Below, in pieces: positions 63,761-64,000 of a stretch of 64,000 nucleotides of DNA. Under the pieces are notes generated by a model, which was given only the letters and a program-made list of their open reading frames with translations, searched no databases and was not told the DNA's origin. A program made the translations under genes and the position numbers. The stretch comes from an uncultured Nitrososphaerota archaeon (lineage in GTDB: Archaea > Korarchaeota > Korarchaeia > Korarchaeales > Korarchaeaceae), in NCBI GenBank assembly GCA_964594835.1, contig CAZQNA010000006.1, positions 82,205 through 146,204 of the forward strand, in the 5' to 3' direction. Positions within the stretch are counted from its first letter, which is position 1, and each line of letters opens with the position of its first letter.

Positions 63761-64000
63761 TCACCAGAGACCCGTTTCGAGGTGGCGTTCTATCCTTTCA
63801 GTGAGATCGTATGGCCCTGGAAGGGGGCGGCCTTGAGCGTCGAGGAGGACAAAGTCTTTTAATTTCACTTCACCTTCGGCAAAGGCCTTGAGAGTGTAGA
63901 CGATGAGGGGAAGCTCCCGTTTTACCCCCTCCTTTCTGATGAGGGCAAAGAGGGGTTCGGCTTCACCTTCTTCCTCCATGATCTTCTCAAGACCCTTTTC
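63761..64000 (-). CDS. 3' end of a formyltransferase (PurN-like) family gene with atypical codon usage (runs off window end)
   Basis: Open to the window edge; PLFALIRKEGVKRELPLIVYTLKAFAEG resembles the C-terminus of bacterial PurN-like proteins as I recall them; GAA/AAA/TTT-rich codons. Confidence 0.45.
   Translation of the reverse strand, partial: EKGLEKIMEEEGEAEPLFALIRKEGVKRELPLIVYTLKAFAEGEVKLKDFVLLDAQGRPLPGPYDLTERIERHLETGLW

Overview
A 64-kb, GC-rich (roughly two-thirds G+C by eye), densely coding archaeal region. AGG/ATA codon bias, GGAGG/GGTGA ribosome-binding sites, frequent GTG/TTG starts and TTTAWA-type TATA boxes point to a thermophilic TACK-type archaeon (taxonomy inferred, not proven). 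It encodes about 65 proteins. These include surface proteins (WD40/Ig, CSLREA beta-helix, CARDB, pilin-like and WxL-like proteins), a P1B ATPase, a membrane-anchored ChlI/D-like AAA-vWA protein and an XPB-like helicase. It also carries two DUF72 proteins, an AEP primase-polymerase, a Rieske/cytochrome b pair, sdhCAB, an orphan SPPY-type methyltransferase, a Ni/peptide ABC operon with tsaA, protoglobin, a DHS plus decarboxylase pair, and VapBC and MNT-HEPN toxin-antitoxin pairs. I found no rRNA, tRNA, CRISPR array or transposase. The most striking uncharacterised locus is 14.0-18.2 kb: six genes, five built on a SHOCT-like 'G-x-I-S-E-x-x-Y' module and one of them CdvA-like. Two of them share an identical 131-bp 5' end in inverted orientation, flanking a potentially invertible 2.1-kb segment. 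Next to it is a candidate DNA-repair module (DUF72-SWIM, AEP, HEXXH protease). The last ~310 bp look compositionally foreign, which may be a chimeric junction. All family assignments come from motif recognition by eye, without database searches.
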